Virus record (IMG/VR): IMGVR_UViG_3300037234_000551
Span: 1-64,000 of that record
From: a virus
Strand: one strand, 5' to 3'
Length of the DNA stretch: 64,000 nt
Shown here: positions 1-9,806 of the stretch, piece by piece
Numbering within the stretch: position 1 is the stretch's first letter
Layout: every line of letters begins with the position of its first letter
Notes under the pieces: generated by a model
What the model was told of the DNA's origin: nothing
What the model saw: the letters and a program-made list of their open reading frames with translations, nothing else
The model's database searches: none
Program-made: the position numbers and the translations under genes

Positions 1-140
1 AAGAATTACTGAGAGACCCTGGCGGTATTATTATTACCGTTTTGTTGAAAAGGACTCCTCGAAGGCTGAAAAGTATGCAGGTAAATATCCTGAACTTTTA
101 ATCAGAAGGGGGGTAGTGGGTCGAATAATCGGAGAGAGAA

Positions 141-737
141 ATGCCTGATGATCATGAAGCGAAAGAGCGAAAGAATATGATGAAATATGGAATGTTAGAA
201 GATGATGTTAACCCAATGCTCGCTGAGACAAAAATGTGGATTACTGAAGATGCAGTTTCTCAGTGGGCATATTATCAGTGCCTTAAACTTAAAGAGGATA
301 ATAAGCCCATTGATCCTGAGTTAAAGGATATGATTATAACTTCTAAGTGGGCATATATGTATTGTCAGCATGTTGAAGATGAACTTGATATGAGGCAGAA
401 AATTGTAGAGTCTGAATGGATACTGAATTACTGTACACAGATTCGAGATGATAATGAAGTTATGAGTAGATTGACTGATCCTGCTGATGTTCAACTTTAT
501 CTTCATTATAAGAAAGATCGACTAGAGAGTAGGGTGCAGATTTATTCAAGTGAGGATCAGAGGAGGCAAGCGGACAAAAAGAAAAGAAACAAGGAGCTAG
601 GAGAAACAGAGGATAAAGAAGTTATTCTTAATGAGTCAGGTCTTCCAGAGTTTATAGAAGTAACGGTGGAGGGCAAGAAAACATTCAAAAGGGTAAGGGA
701 TATAATTTCTAAAATTAGGAGGAGGAAAAAACGTTGA
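141..737 (+). CDS. hypothetical protein with short helical W-A-Y-x-Y-C repeats
   Basis: 198-aa ORF; three similar segments QWAYYQC / KWAYMYC / EWILNYC; overlaps the start of the next gene. Confidence 0.6.
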   Translation: MPDDHEAKERKNMMKYGMLEDDVNPMLAETKMWITEDAVSQWAYYQCLKLKEDNKPIDPELKDMIITSKWAYMYCQHVEDELDMRQKIVESEWILNYCTQIRDDNEVMSRLTDPADVQLYLHYKKDRLESRVQIYSSEDQRRQADKKKRNKELGETEDKEVILNESGLPEFIEVTVEGKKTFKRVRDIISKIRRRKKR

Positions 738-2176
738 TGAGATTTGAGAAGAACGACTCAAAGAGTTGGACTGTGACTGTGGAGGATCGTGAGTTTCCTC
801 TTCAAATGACAGCATCTTCTATAACGAATAAATTTAATATAGTTACAGATTTCATCGAGAGAGTTTCTAAACTCTGTGGTCAGGAGTTTGATGATTGGTT
901 ATATGAGTTTCTTTCTAAGTATGTAGACGATCCTGAAAAGAGGTTTGCCTATTTATCTGAAAATGTTCCTATGATCAAGAAATATGTTGATATGACCATA
1001 GAGATGGAGAATGTAGACTTTAGTCAATTTGTCGATGAAAGTAAAGCGAAAAAGACGTCAATTCTTTTTAACGCAGACGAGATTAAAAGGATATTTCAAC
1101 TATCTAGTTACTTGAAGTTGTACGCGATTATCTCAAATAGTGAAAATATGAGATTGAGCGACCGCTTACACAAAAAGATTTACAATCAACTAGCGGATGA
1201 TATTTTAGAGACTGAAATAGTCTTTAAAATCTTCAATGTGATTAAAACCAAAACATTTCGATATAATCTCACGGATCGTTATATGTGGGATTATATTAAG
1301 ATGATACAGGGAAAGGGAATTGATGTTCATGTGATTGAGATATTTAATTTTATTATGAACTCGATTCTTGTTCTTTGTGATGGTCGAAACCCTATTACCT
1401 ACTTTGTTGGAGTTGTTGATGAATCTGTGAAATGGTTTCTAAGATCGGTTTACAAAGGGTCAATTATTTATGACGACTCTGTTGCAACTGAAGATATACA
1501 CTCACAGAGCGTGAACAATCTTAAGACATATTCTTACAATGACACTTTGGGAAGATTGAAAGGCGTTGCGTATGGGCAGATATATGACATGATTGAGCGT
1601 CCAACTCTCTCTAGTGTTGACGGTGAGAAGAATTCTGACAAATCAATAATTGAATTTCAAAATCGAGCTGGTCTGATAAAGTTTGTATCGCCTTTATGTG
1701 AGTGTCTTGTTTTCCCTGTTTTGTCTAGACTAACAAACATACCTTATATCCATTTCAAGACTATTTCGCCTGATCATGCTGCTGTCCTTTCTGTATATTT
1801 ACATAGGTTGTTAAAGGGGATTTTCAAAAGTCAATATAAGAGTTTATTCTCTCTGTTAGACTTTTATCCTCTTGAGCAACCTTCAGTTACCACTACTTAC
1901 AAGTTGAAAGGGATTCACAATTATATAAATATACAGAATGAGACAGATGATTTTCTTGGTTTTAGAACAAAGTTGTATCCTCACAGAGTCTTGAGTTATT
2001 TTGTTGGGCGAATCTCAAGAGTTAGTTTTTGCAACATTTTTGATGGACAGAGGTTAGTGGGTATTCCTCTATCTAAGATTGAAGATGATATGATAAGGTT
2101 CTATACCTTATTCTTTGCAAACAAGTTAAGTAACGAATTTGAAGAGATGAGAATATCAATGAATTCCGATTTTTAA
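734..2176 (+). CDS. conserved-looking 480-aa protein, possibly a sigma-like promoter-specificity subunit of a phage RNAP (AR9 gp226/phiKZ gp68-like)
   Basis: Long ORF. Length and helical segment NFIMNSILVLCDGRNPITYFVGVVDESVKWF recall that family from memory only; function is tentative. Confidence 0.3.
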   Translation: MMRFEKNDSKSWTVTVEDREFPLQMTASSITNKFNIVTDFIERVSKLCGQEFDDWLYEFLSKYVDDPEKRFAYLSENVPMIKKYVDMTIEMENVDFSQFVDESKAKKTSILFNADEIKRIFQLSSYLKLYAIISNSENMRLSDRLHKKIYNQLADDILETEIVFKIFNVIKTKTFRYNLTDRYMWDYIKMIQGKGIDVHVIEIFNFIMNSILVLCDGRNPITYFVGVVDESVKWFLRSVYKGSIIYDDSVATEDIHSQSVNNLKTYSYNDTLGRLKGVAYGQIYDMIERPTLSSVDGEKNSDKSIIEFQNRAGLIKFVSPLCECLVFPVLSRLTNIPYIHFKTISPDHAAVLSVYLHRLLKGIFKSQYKSLFSLLDFYPLEQPSVTTTYKLKGIHNYINIQNETDDFLGFRTKLYPHRVLSYFVGRISRVSFCNIFDGQRLVGIPLSKIEDDMIRFYTLFFANKLSNEFEEMRISMNSDF

Positions 2177-2190
2177 AGGAGTCAAATACA

Positions 2191-2631
2191 ATGGTAACGC
2201 TATCATCTATGAATAAGTTAGTCACTTCGGGAAAGTTGTACATTGACAGCGCTGCCGAAAGAGAAGTGAAGAGAGTGATCAAGTATGCTGAGAGTCATAT
2301 TGTTTCTCACTCTGCATTAGAAGCAATGGTGGCTGGTCGGGTAACTCCAGTAGGAGATAAAAGGGGTCACGTTTGTACATTCCGAAGGAATTATAGAATT
2401 GTTTACTCTATAGAAGAGCAGGCGATTGGATTGTGCAGACACCTTTCAGTATCACTCGCCCAAACTAAGCATGTTCCCGGTAAAGCTGCGTTGAATGAGA
2501 TATTAAAGTTGTTTGGTTTTGATGGGGATATTAGGGATTGTTATGTTTGGGTAGAGGAGCTTGAGCACGTTAATGCTGTCAATATTGTCCAACCTTTAAA
2601 GTGGGATAGAGAAACTTCCACTATTACCTAA
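2191..2631 (+). CDS. hypothetical phage protein (RHLSVS motif)
   Basis: AAGGAG RBS, 146-aa ORF, CRHLSVS motif. Confidence 0.55.
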   Translation: MVTLSSMNKLVTSGKLYIDSAAEREVKRVIKYAESHIVSHSALEAMVAGRVTPVGDKRGHVCTFRRNYRIVYSIEEQAIGLCRHLSVSLAQTKHVPGKAALNEILKLFGFDGDIRDCYVWVEELEHVNAVNIVQPLKWDRETSTIT

Positions 2632-2700
2632 AAATCCATTTAGTAAAAATTCAATTACAAGAGGAGTGCGTCATTTGAATCCTTGAAAGGAGGGTGTTAC

Positions 2701-3267
2701 ATGAAGAAAGATAAGGAAATAAATTTTTCACCGGCATTCACTATATTCATAGTGATTGTTTTAACGACACTATTTTCATTTTGGTTTATGTCACCAGCTA
2801 TAGGACAGGATGGACAGAAGAGCAAGGACGTTCAATCTGTGCCTGCTCCTTCACAGAAAGCAGTGAAGATTGAACCTCCTGTTCCAGCGACGAATCCAGT
2901 TCAACTTAACAATCTTCTGACTGCAGCTCAGGTAAACCCGACTGCAAGGGTTGTTAGTTTAGCAACTGAAAAAGGACCAGCCAAGTTTCACAAATTTAAT
3001 GCCCCAGCTGATGGAAATGGTAAGTACATGGTCTACGAGGGGTCAGAGGGTGCAGTCAATGCAATTGTGGAGAGTGGCAAGGTTGTGGGTTCTGAATCAG
3101 TTGGTCTTGGTATAGAAGACTTGGGTCAGGTGCAGACAGGAGATATTTCAAGCCCTGACTGTTGGCACTGTTATCAACTAGATGGTAGAAATCACTGTCT
3201 GTATGAAAAGTGTGCTACAAAAAGTTCACAACCAAAACCAGATAGTACAATACCAAATATACAGTAG
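2701..3267 (+). CDS. secreted/membrane protein with C-terminal CWHCY-x6-HC-x4-C motif
   Basis: GGAGG RBS before ATG 2701; hydrophobic N-terminus; CWHCYQLDGRNHCLYEKC; paralog of the next ORF. Confidence 0.6.
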   Translation: MKKDKEINFSPAFTIFIVIVLTTLFSFWFMSPAIGQDGQKSKDVQSVPAPSQKAVKIEPPVPATNPVQLNNLLTAAQVNPTARVVSLATEKGPAKFHKFNAPADGNGKYMVYEGSEGAVNAIVESGKVVGSESVGLGIEDLGQVQTGDISSPDCWHCYQLDGRNHCLYEKCATKSSQPKPDSTIPNIQ

Positions 3268-3276
3268 AATGGAGGG

Positions 3277-4203
3277 TTGATCATGAAGAAACTAACAATA
3301 CTGCTTATGGCAGTCTTTCTGGCGTTGTGTGTGGGTGTGGGTATTGCCCAAATGAATAAGGGCGATCTTATCAACAAGCAAACTGAAAGCGTTCAGCAGG
3401 GTAGGGTATTAACTGACTCGGATTCTGGTGAGGCTTCCAGAGCGAAGAAAGGAATGGAGAAGCCTAATCCCAAGGAGGAGTCTGTTGTTAGTGGTGCGAA
3501 AAAAGAACCTTTGATGCCTGGAGATGAGATTATGGTTATTTTGTATCCATCTCCACCCGCTTTTGATCCAAGTCCAACATATCAGTTTGGCGATGGAATA
3601 AGAGGGACTCGACCTCCTTCAGAGATGAATAAAGCTGACCTTATAGAGTCACTGCACGCTAAGAAACCACCCAAAGGTTATCGTTATGTACTTGGATTTA
3701 CTCCGAAAGAGGATGGCCCTTTTGTCGTCTACTCTACTCGTAATGGCACTATTACTGCCATGTTGAAAAAGGGAAGTAAAAAACCTACAAAGTATGAACA
3801 CCAAGGTTTGATAATAGATGACTTGGCTATAGAAACTGACCAGCGCTCCAAAAAGCTCTTTGTAGGTGGACTCAGTGTAGTACCCGGAGGTACGAGCGAG
3901 GGAGATGGTGGTCCCACTTGTTGGCATTGTTATGAAATAAATGGGGAAACTCATTGTTTTGAAGTGGAGTGTCCCTTTGATATTTCAAGCGGTGAAGGTG
4001 AACCATCTGTAAGTCCTGAAGTACTCAGGATAGTGACACCGAAAGATCCTGGTTCAAGTCTTCCACCTGGTAGTACTGTCCCTGGTGGTCCTGGTGGTAG
4101 GAGTACTGGTACAACATCAACTGGCGATCCTGGAAGGGGAACTCAAGATGGTTCGTCTTCTTCCAGTTCATCAACAACAATTGAAAGAGGAGGAGGTGGT
4201 TAA
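3277..4203 (+). CDS. secreted protein with CWHCY-x6-HC-x4-C motif and Gly/Ser/Thr-rich tail
   Basis: Signal peptide MKKLTILLMAVFLALCVGVGIA; CWHCYEINGETHCFEVEC; low-complexity C-terminus. Confidence 0.6.
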   Translation: MIMKKLTILLMAVFLALCVGVGIAQMNKGDLINKQTESVQQGRVLTDSDSGEASRAKKGMEKPNPKEESVVSGAKKEPLMPGDEIMVILYPSPPAFDPSPTYQFGDGIRGTRPPSEMNKADLIESLHAKKPPKGYRYVLGFTPKEDGPFVVYSTRNGTITAMLKKGSKKPTKYEHQGLIIDDLAIETDQRSKKLFVGGLSVVPGGTSEGDGGPTCWHCYEINGETHCFEVECPFDISSGEGEPSVSPEVLRIVTPKDPGSSLPPGSTVPGGPGGRSTGTTSTGDPGRGTQDGSSSSSSSTTIERGGGG

Positions 4204-4216
4204 TTTGAGAGGGAGG

Positions 4217-4555
4217 ATGTTACTATTCTCATTGATGTTGTTGTTTTTCTCATTCATGGTCTTTTTTCTATTCTCTAGCATTTCTTTTGCTCAGAACATT
4301 ACGATTACTGGACAGGGGAGTGAGTTGAGCGTTCAGATTGACGATGGTACTTGTATTGAGTTTAAGATGGAGGTGAAAGAGAATCAAGTTACTCTAGCCG
4401 ACGGAAAAACTGTTACCCATAGTCGGGTGGAGTATAAGTACTGGCGTCCATGTGGTGAGAAAAAGTGGACCAAATATGAGAAATATGATATTAGTCTGCT
4501 GAGGAAACCAAGTAGTACACCAATTATCAGTGTTCCAAAAAAGAAATATCTCTAG
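4217..4555 (+). CDS. secreted hypothetical protein
   Basis: 3' part of ORF 4085..4555; GGGAGG RBS before ATG 4217; signal peptide ending SFA-Q. Confidence 0.5.
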   Translation: MLLFSLMLLFFSFMVFFLFSSISFAQNITITGQGSELSVQIDDGTCIEFKMEVKENQVTLADGKTVTHSRVEYKYWRPCGEKKWTKYEKYDISLLRKPSSTPIISVPKKKYL

Positions 4556-4561
4556 CCGAAT

Positions 4562-4674
4562 CGCTCGGGGTCAAATGATTCCAAAAATTCACAGAAAGAA
4601 AATTTATGGATGTATTGCAATCCGGTGAATAGAAGCAGGTGGTGTGGAAGACCACGACCCCGAGTGTTTTCTTT
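4562..4674 (+). ncRNA. candidate multi-branched structured RNA or terminator-like element
   Basis: CGCTCGGGGTC (4562-4572) pairs with GACCCCGAGTG (4656-4666), enclosing inner stems ATTCAC/GTGAAT and GTGGT/ACCAC, followed by T-runs. Confidence 0.35.
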
Positions 4675-4834
4675 TATGGAGGGGCCATGATACTTTATGT
4701 TTTACAAAAGTCTACTAGTTCTTTATGTAAGTATTGTGAGGAATATACATACTTACTCATCGAGAAGGAGCCAAATCCTTTAGTTACTCCAATTTTCTTT
4801 ATCTGTTTTAATTGTAAAAGAGTTTTTCAAGCAG

Positions 4835-5644
4835 GTGTTGGAGAACTTAAACCAGAAATGGAGGATGAGGATGTTATTTCACCTGACTGAGCATTGTACA
4901 TTAGAGTGCCCTCATTGCTTTGTCGAATCTAGTCCTAATGAGAGGCATGCAAACGACCATGTAGTTCGGAAGTTTGTTAGGTTCGCTAAATCAATGGGTG
5001 CTTTCAAAATTGGTATTGCTGGAGGTGAACCAACTGAGCACCCTATGTTTGTGACCTATATGAACTATATCCTAAAGAAACTTTCATCTCAGTATCGAGC
5101 CATTGTTCTGATGACTAATGGAAGATTTCTTTTGGACTCACATCTTATGAAGAAACTTATCAATATGACTAAGAAGTACCCATTGTTTATTCAGGTATCA
5201 GCTCTAAAGGGAATTTACCCTCGAAGAGATGAAACTATTGAGTTCTACCATATGAGTGAGAAGAGGTTTCGCCAAGATAGTGTAGTGCTTATTGAGGATA
5301 TAACGGCAATGGAAAATTTAGGTCGAGCAGTTGGGAAAGATTGGTCACATCTTGGCGAACTCTATCAAAGAATGAGTCCGATGTGTTTTAATATCTTTTC
5401 AGTTGTCAGGTCTGGCCAATTTTCAACTTTAGTAGAGTCACTCCAGTGGGTTGAAGCTAATGTAAGTGGTTCATTTTGTAAACCTTTAATTGCGTGGGAT
5501 GGAAGTTTTTACGCTGGAGAAACGCCACTCTGTTTGAAACTTGGGAACATTCTTACTGATACTCCTGAGCAAATCTTTGAAAACATCAAAGAAAATAGCC
5601 CTTGTGGACAGTGTGGTCGCGATGTTCCACCAATGCCTTATTGA
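4835..5644 (+). CDS. radical SAM protein with Cys-containing C-terminal extension
   Basis: CTLECPHC (CX3CX2C), GGEP motif, MTNG, C-terminal CGQC; real start probably 4865 or 4871. Confidence 0.85.
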   Translation: MLENLNQKWRMRMLFHLTEHCTLECPHCFVESSPNERHANDHVVRKFVRFAKSMGAFKIGIAGGEPTEHPMFVTYMNYILKKLSSQYRAIVLMTNGRFLLDSHLMKKLINMTKKYPLFIQVSALKGIYPRRDETIEFYHMSEKRFRQDSVVLIEDITAMENLGRAVGKDWSHLGELYQRMSPMCFNIFSVVRSGQFSTLVESLQWVEANVSGSFCKPLIAWDGSFYAGETPLCLKLGNILTDTPEQIFENIKENSPCGQCGRDVPPMPY

Positions 5645-5652
5645 GGTGAATA

Positions 5653-5859
5653 ATGGAACTATGGCTAAAGAAGATATTTATATTGTTTCCGTGGATACTA
5701 TTGAGAGTGGTTAGACCTATTCTTTCAGAAGATCATCCTTCAAGAGATTGGACTTGGACTAGTCTTGCTGAACACGGTACTGATATTTTGTACTTTTTTG
5801 CAGGATGTTACTGGTTTAGCATTCTTTTAATTATATTGTGTCTAAAAATAATATTCTAG
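5653..5859 (+). CDS. small membrane protein
   Basis: GAGGTG RBS; two hydrophobic stretches. Confidence 0.45.
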   Translation: MELWLKKIFILFPWILLRVVRPILSEDHPSRDWTWTSLAEHGTDILYFFAGCYWFSILLIILCLKIIF

Positions 5860-5903
5860 GAGGTGCCCGTAGAAAAAATAATTTTTGAAAGGAGGATGTT
5901 ACT

Positions 5904-6308
5904 ATGAAAAAAATTCTGTTAGTTATAATTGTGCTTCTAGCTGGTTGTGTTATGACACCTGAGAAGCAGAATTATATTGACTCAATTGGACAAGAACCTT
6001 TTGTATTTGAAGTACCAAAGAGGAAAGTGGATAGTTCTTGGAATCGGGCGATAAATTGGATAACCAATTATAGCTCTACTAGCATTCAGATGATTACAGA
6101 AGACAAAATTATTACATTTCAGCCCCCAAAGAATTCTGCAACGGTCGGTTATATTGTTAAGAAAGAGGAGGCAAGAGGCGGTTTTGAGTTTAATATAAGC
6201 TGTTTTGGGGGCAGTCAAGCCTTTGAGAAAGTGACAATAAATTGTCGCTCATTAGTCCATTATATTAGGTGGGGTGTTAGTCCGCCTGATGGTGTGATAA
6301 AACCTTAG
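5904..6308 (+). CDS. lipoprotein
   Basis: AGGAGG RBS; MKKILLVIIVLLAGC lipobox. Confidence 0.7.
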   Translation: MKKILLVIIVLLAGCVMTPEKQNYIDSIGQEPFVFEVPKRKVDSSWNRAINWITNYSSTSIQMITEDKIITFQPPKNSATVGYIVKKEEARGGFEFNISCFGGSQAFEKVTINCRSLVHYIRWGVSPPDGVIKP

Positions 6309-6320
6309 AAAGGAGAATCA

Positions 6321-6545
6321 ATGGATAAGTTGAGGGCGAACTTAAAATATAATATGACTAAACAACAAATTGGAAAGTTCGAGAAGTCCTTGGCAATTGA
6401 AGAGAAAAAATTGATTCTCCAGCAGGCCATTGTTGATGGAATTAAATCTCAACTAGAAGATCTCTATCAGGAGGCTCAAGACTATGAGCAACGTCGAAAC
6501 GACCTTCTCGAATTCCCGAGTCGAAAAGACCTACAAGATGGTTGA
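6321..6545 (+). CDS. small coiled-coil hypothetical protein
   Basis: AAGGAG RBS; heptad-rich 74 aa. Confidence 0.5.
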   Translation: MDKLRANLKYNMTKQQIGKFEKSLAIEEKKLILQQAIVDGIKSQLEDLYQEAQDYEQRRNDLLEFPSRKDLQDG

Positions 6546-6723
6546 GAAAGACGGTATAATGGGAATTAAATGTCTGGTTTGTAATATGACCAGTTATTTT
6601 CCTATGGATATCGAAAAGAAATATTGCGAAAACTGTAAAAGATTTCATAATGAAATCTCTCATAAGTAGGCGCACTAGGGGCAGAGTATCAAAATTAACT
6701 TCCCTTGAAAGGAGGGTTAAACG

Positions 6724-7386
6724 ATGAAGAGGATGTTACTAATAGGATGCCTGATTACCATTCTGGCATTCAGTGCTTTCGGATGTTCTGGGGGTTCAAA
6801 AGACGCCCACGCCGAAGAGATGCCACCATACAAACCCATAAGCATCCGTATGTTTGACTTGTATGCTGCAACCGAGGATGGTCATGTATTCTATCGACCT
6901 CACGATACAAAGGTATGGGTTACGGATGAGGATGAACAAGCCTTTGTGAACGGAGACAAACTCAGGTATGGTGGGAAATACGGTATGGACGGAATGGTTG
7001 AAGCTCCAATTATTATATGTCGACCTGTTGATTACCGTTATTCGCTTCAGATAGCTGAAACAGAGGACTATGGTGTAACCTCGGATCAGATAACGGTATA
7101 TCCGCCTCCAACTGATTTAGTGGTGCAGGAACAGCATGTTGATATTAGGGTGTATTCACCCGAAGGAAAATTGCTCTGGTATTTCAATGGTGTTTATATT
7201 AGTTACAATGATTTGGACATATATAAGGCTGGTGGAAACTTGAGGTTCCGAGCTGTAGGGATAGATTGGTTATCTCAGGGTACCTACCTTGTAAAGGCTC
7301 CAATTGTAACTATCACTGAGGACCTTTTGATTGGGCCAATTACACGGTCTGATGAAGATGGTCCGCAAGGTGATTTGCTAGACTAA
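6724..7386 (+). CDS. lipoprotein
   Basis: GGAGG RBS; signal peptide with AFGC lipobox followed by SGGS linker. Confidence 0.65.
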   Translation: MKRMLLIGCLITILAFSAFGCSGGSKDAHAEEMPPYKPISIRMFDLYAATEDGHVFYRPHDTKVWVTDEDEQAFVNGDKLRYGGKYGMDGMVEAPIIICRPVDYRYSLQIAETEDYGVTSDQITVYPPPTDLVVQEQHVDIRVYSPEGKLLWYFNGVYISYNDLDIYKAGGNLRFRAVGIDWLSQGTYLVKAPIVTITEDLLIGPITRSDEDGPQGDLLD

Positions 7387-7391
7387 CGTAT

Positions 7392-7467
7392 CCCGCCGGT
7401 GGGGACCTTTCTAAGGTGGATGGGGATGTGCGCCTCCTGTCCATGTTGCCCTATCGGCGGGTTTTTT
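7392..7467 (+). terminator. intrinsic terminator-like stem with large loop
   Basis: CCCGCCGGTGGGG / CCCTATCGGCGGG (13 bp, two G-U) followed by TTTTTT. Confidence 0.55.
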
Positions 7468-7483
7468 AAGAGGAGTTAAGAGG

Positions 7484-7975
7484 ATGGAACCGAGATATAG
7501 AAAAATGTATTACTCATATGACTTAAATGAAAGGATGTCTGGTCTTGAGATCCTTCTTTACATATTGGCTGCTTTTTTAGTTATAATTATAGCGAATGGG
7601 ATCATAGAACACATGAGGGTTGAACCGAGGACAGTTCCGATTATTGGAATTTCTAAACCTATAATCAAACCTGTAGAACAAATGGATTTGGTTATGGGTG
7701 CAGCTAATGTAAAGAAGATTCGAGAGTCCTGGTACAAGGTTTATTTTTCTGTTATTAACCGTGACGAAAAAGTTTTTACAGGTATTATTCACGCTAACAT
7801 TACTGAAAATGGTCGAGTAACTCAAACTGGAATTTATCCATGTTCTCTTGAATCTGGAGAAGAGAGGCTGGTAACATACTTCACAAATGTTAAACCTACC
7901 TATGTAACATTGAGAATTGAGGGCATGGGTTTAGGTTTTGGTGCGAGATTCAGGGAGGTAAAAAATAAGTTATGA
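7484..7975 (+). CDS. membrane-anchored protein with beta-rich (Ig-like?) domain
   Basis: Single TM segment near the N-terminus, beta-rich remainder. Confidence 0.5.
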   Translation: MEPRYRKMYYSYDLNERMSGLEILLYILAAFLVIIIANGIIEHMRVEPRTVPIIGISKPIIKPVEQMDLVMGAANVKKIRESWYKVYFSVINRDEKVFTGIIHANITENGRVTQTGIYPCSLESGEERLVTYFTNVKPTYVTLRIEGMGLGFGARFREVKNKL

Positions 7976-8247
7976 CTAGTCTTCATAGGAATGTTCCCAT
8001 AGATTTGGTTAGGCAATTTGCTGACCTGGATTCTATTTGTATTGCGGAAGTCGATATTGATGAATCTTATGATAGGCAAATTGAAATAATTGCTATGCAA
8101 GTAGGTCATTGGTCTCAGGAGTGGATGGTGAGAACAGAGTTTCTTACAAGTACAGTTGTCCCTCTTGGTGTCAAAATTATATTGGTAAATATGACGATTG
8201 AGGATGGCATAAGAGTTTGTATGTATGAGGCCATTCTTAGGTCGTAG
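7972..8247 (+). CDS. hypothetical protein
   Basis: ATGA overlap with the previous gene, 91 aa. Confidence 0.5.
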   Translation: MTSLHRNVPIDLVRQFADLDSICIAEVDIDESYDRQIEIIAMQVGHWSQEWMVRTEFLTSTVVPLGVKIILVNMTIEDGIRVCMYEAILRS

Positions 8248-8259
8248 GGAGGAGCGAGG

Positions 8260-8643
8260 ATGTTACACAGAAAAAATATTCCATTTATAGATATAGTTAT
8301 TCTTGCATTTGTTGTGGTTTTGGCTCTAGTGGTCGGTTTTTTGCCGGGGTGTGCCATCAAGCAACCTAGTACTATGACAGTTGATGAACGACTTGAACCT
8401 TATCGTTACCTCATCAGAGATACACTACTTAGAAGTAATGAGGTGGGCGTCTTTGTTGATAACAATTATTATGACCTTGACAATGAGCAGAGGATAAATT
8501 TTGCTCAAAATTTGTCATGGTCATATTACCCACGTGTGGTGGTTGTCAAAGATGTAAAAACTAACTATTTACTTATGACTATTAGTGAAGATAGGCATAT
8601 ACAGTTGATTTGGCAACAGGAGTACAACAAAGGGGATAAGTAG
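8260..8643 (+). CDS. lipoprotein
   Basis: GGAGG RBS; hydrophobic signal ending LPGC. Confidence 0.6.
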   Translation: MLHRKNIPFIDIVILAFVVVLALVVGFLPGCAIKQPSTMTVDERLEPYRYLIRDTLLRSNEVGVFVDNNYYDLDNEQRINFAQNLSWSYYPRVVVVKDVKTNYLLMTISEDRHIQLIWQQEYNKGDK

Positions 8644-8907
8644 GTGGTAAAAAGAAAAACTACAAAATTTGGGTATGACGTACCGAAGTTTGATCCGAAG
8701 AAACCTATTCTTGAGACCGTTATTGGTGGTGGGAGAATTGCTAAATGTTGTCCCACCTTAGGTCCTAGACGATGCCCGTATATAAGGTCGACCAAGACGG
8801 GTATAATGAAGTGTTCCCAATACACTGAACCCTTGAAAAAATGGCAACGGAATGGGTATTGTTATATGTATGATACCTATAATTGGGAGGAGGATAATAT
8901 TGATTAA
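8644..8907 (+). CDS. small Cys-rich hypothetical protein
   Basis: 87 aa, CC/C/C/C pattern, abuts previous gene. Confidence 0.45.
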   Translation: MVKRKTTKFGYDVPKFDPKKPILETVIGGGRIAKCCPTLGPRRCPYIRSTKTGIMKCSQYTEPLKKWQRNGYCYMYDTYNWEEDNID

Positions 8908-9133
8908 ATTCACTTCAACAGGCAAGAACACTACTTTGATAGGACTTGGCATTTCGGAGGAGAATGTCAGAAGACTCAAAGCAGCTCAACCCATTTTGAT
9001 CAAGGGTAGCGAGTTAGGTTTTGACTGGTTGGAGATTCTGATTTTCTATGGTAAGGACGAAGAGGAGTTGAAAAAAACAGTTAAGGCTACCTTAGCAGTT
9101 GATAAACTTATCAGCAAAGCGTCGGAGGAGTGA
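8852..9133 (+). CDS. hypothetical protein
   Basis: ORF with LIGLGISEENVRRLK segment; real start probably the TTG near 8900 after GGAGG. Confidence 0.5.
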   Translation: MGIVICMIPIIGRRIILIKFTSTGKNTTLIGLGISEENVRRLKAAQPILIKGSELGFDWLEILIFYGKDEEELKKTVKATLAVDKLISKASEE

Positions 9134-9136
9134 AAG

Positions 9137-9619
9137 ATGTGGAAAAAGGAAACTCAACATCAAGAGGAGACAGAAAATCCAAAGATAACCTTAGAAGTTG
9201 ATGCTCAACTAGCCTTCGCTCCTCACTTGAAAGAGTTGAAAAAGCAGACCCTTCGTTTTACTCTCCAAGATACAGCCGTAACTATAACTGAGACCTCAAA
9301 AGATGGTACTGAAAGAAAAATTGGAGAGATTGTTGGTTCTATGGGCGGAACAATTGAGATAAGAGATGAGATATTAGAGGAGACGTGGGTCATTCGTCCA
9401 TTAGATTTGTGGAAAGCATTTGCCAAAGTGAGGGAGCCTTTAAAAGGGAAAACACAACCATGTCCATATTGTAAGAGGCCAATTCCTGACAGTGGTGTGT
9501 TTGGACTACCAACTTACACAGACGTCCCTGAGAATCATGCAAAGGACTGTCCTATAAGAGAGATAATGGAAGTCAGACTAGCTGATCTAGAGAGGGGGAC
9601 ACATGAAAGCGAAGTGTGA
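9137..9619 (+). CDS. hypothetical protein with C-terminal Zn finger
   Basis: CPYC...H-x3-C; GGAGG RBS. Confidence 0.55.
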   Translation: MWKKETQHQEETENPKITLEVDAQLAFAPHLKELKKQTLRFTLQDTAVTITETSKDGTERKIGEIVGSMGGTIEIRDEILEETWVIRPLDLWKAFAKVREPLKGKTQPCPYCKRPIPDSGVFGLPTYTDVPENHAKDCPIREIMEVRLADLERGTHESEV

Positions 9620-9806
9620 TAGATGTGGTAAAGATAATGGTGGCATATCTATTATGTCATACTTTAATACAGATGAGATATGTATGGAGTGTGATGAAAA
9701 GGAAAGAGAACACCCAAAATTCAGAGAGGCCCTTGAAGCAGATCAAAAGGCTGTTAGGGCAGGGAATTTCAACTTCCCTGGTATAGGAAAACCAGCTGAC
9801 TTATAG
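9603..9806 (+). CDS. conserved small Zn-binding hypothetical protein
   Basis: CDRC...IMSYFNTDEICMEC...HP...GNFNFPGIG pattern typical of a widespread mobile-element family. Confidence 0.65.
   Translation: MKAKCDRCGKDNGGISIMSYFNTDEICMECDEKEREHPKFREALEADQKAVRAGNFNFPGIGKPADL

Noticed and set aside
2701-4203. c-type cytochromes
   Set aside because: The motif is CWHCY, not CxxCH, so there is no haem-binding signature.
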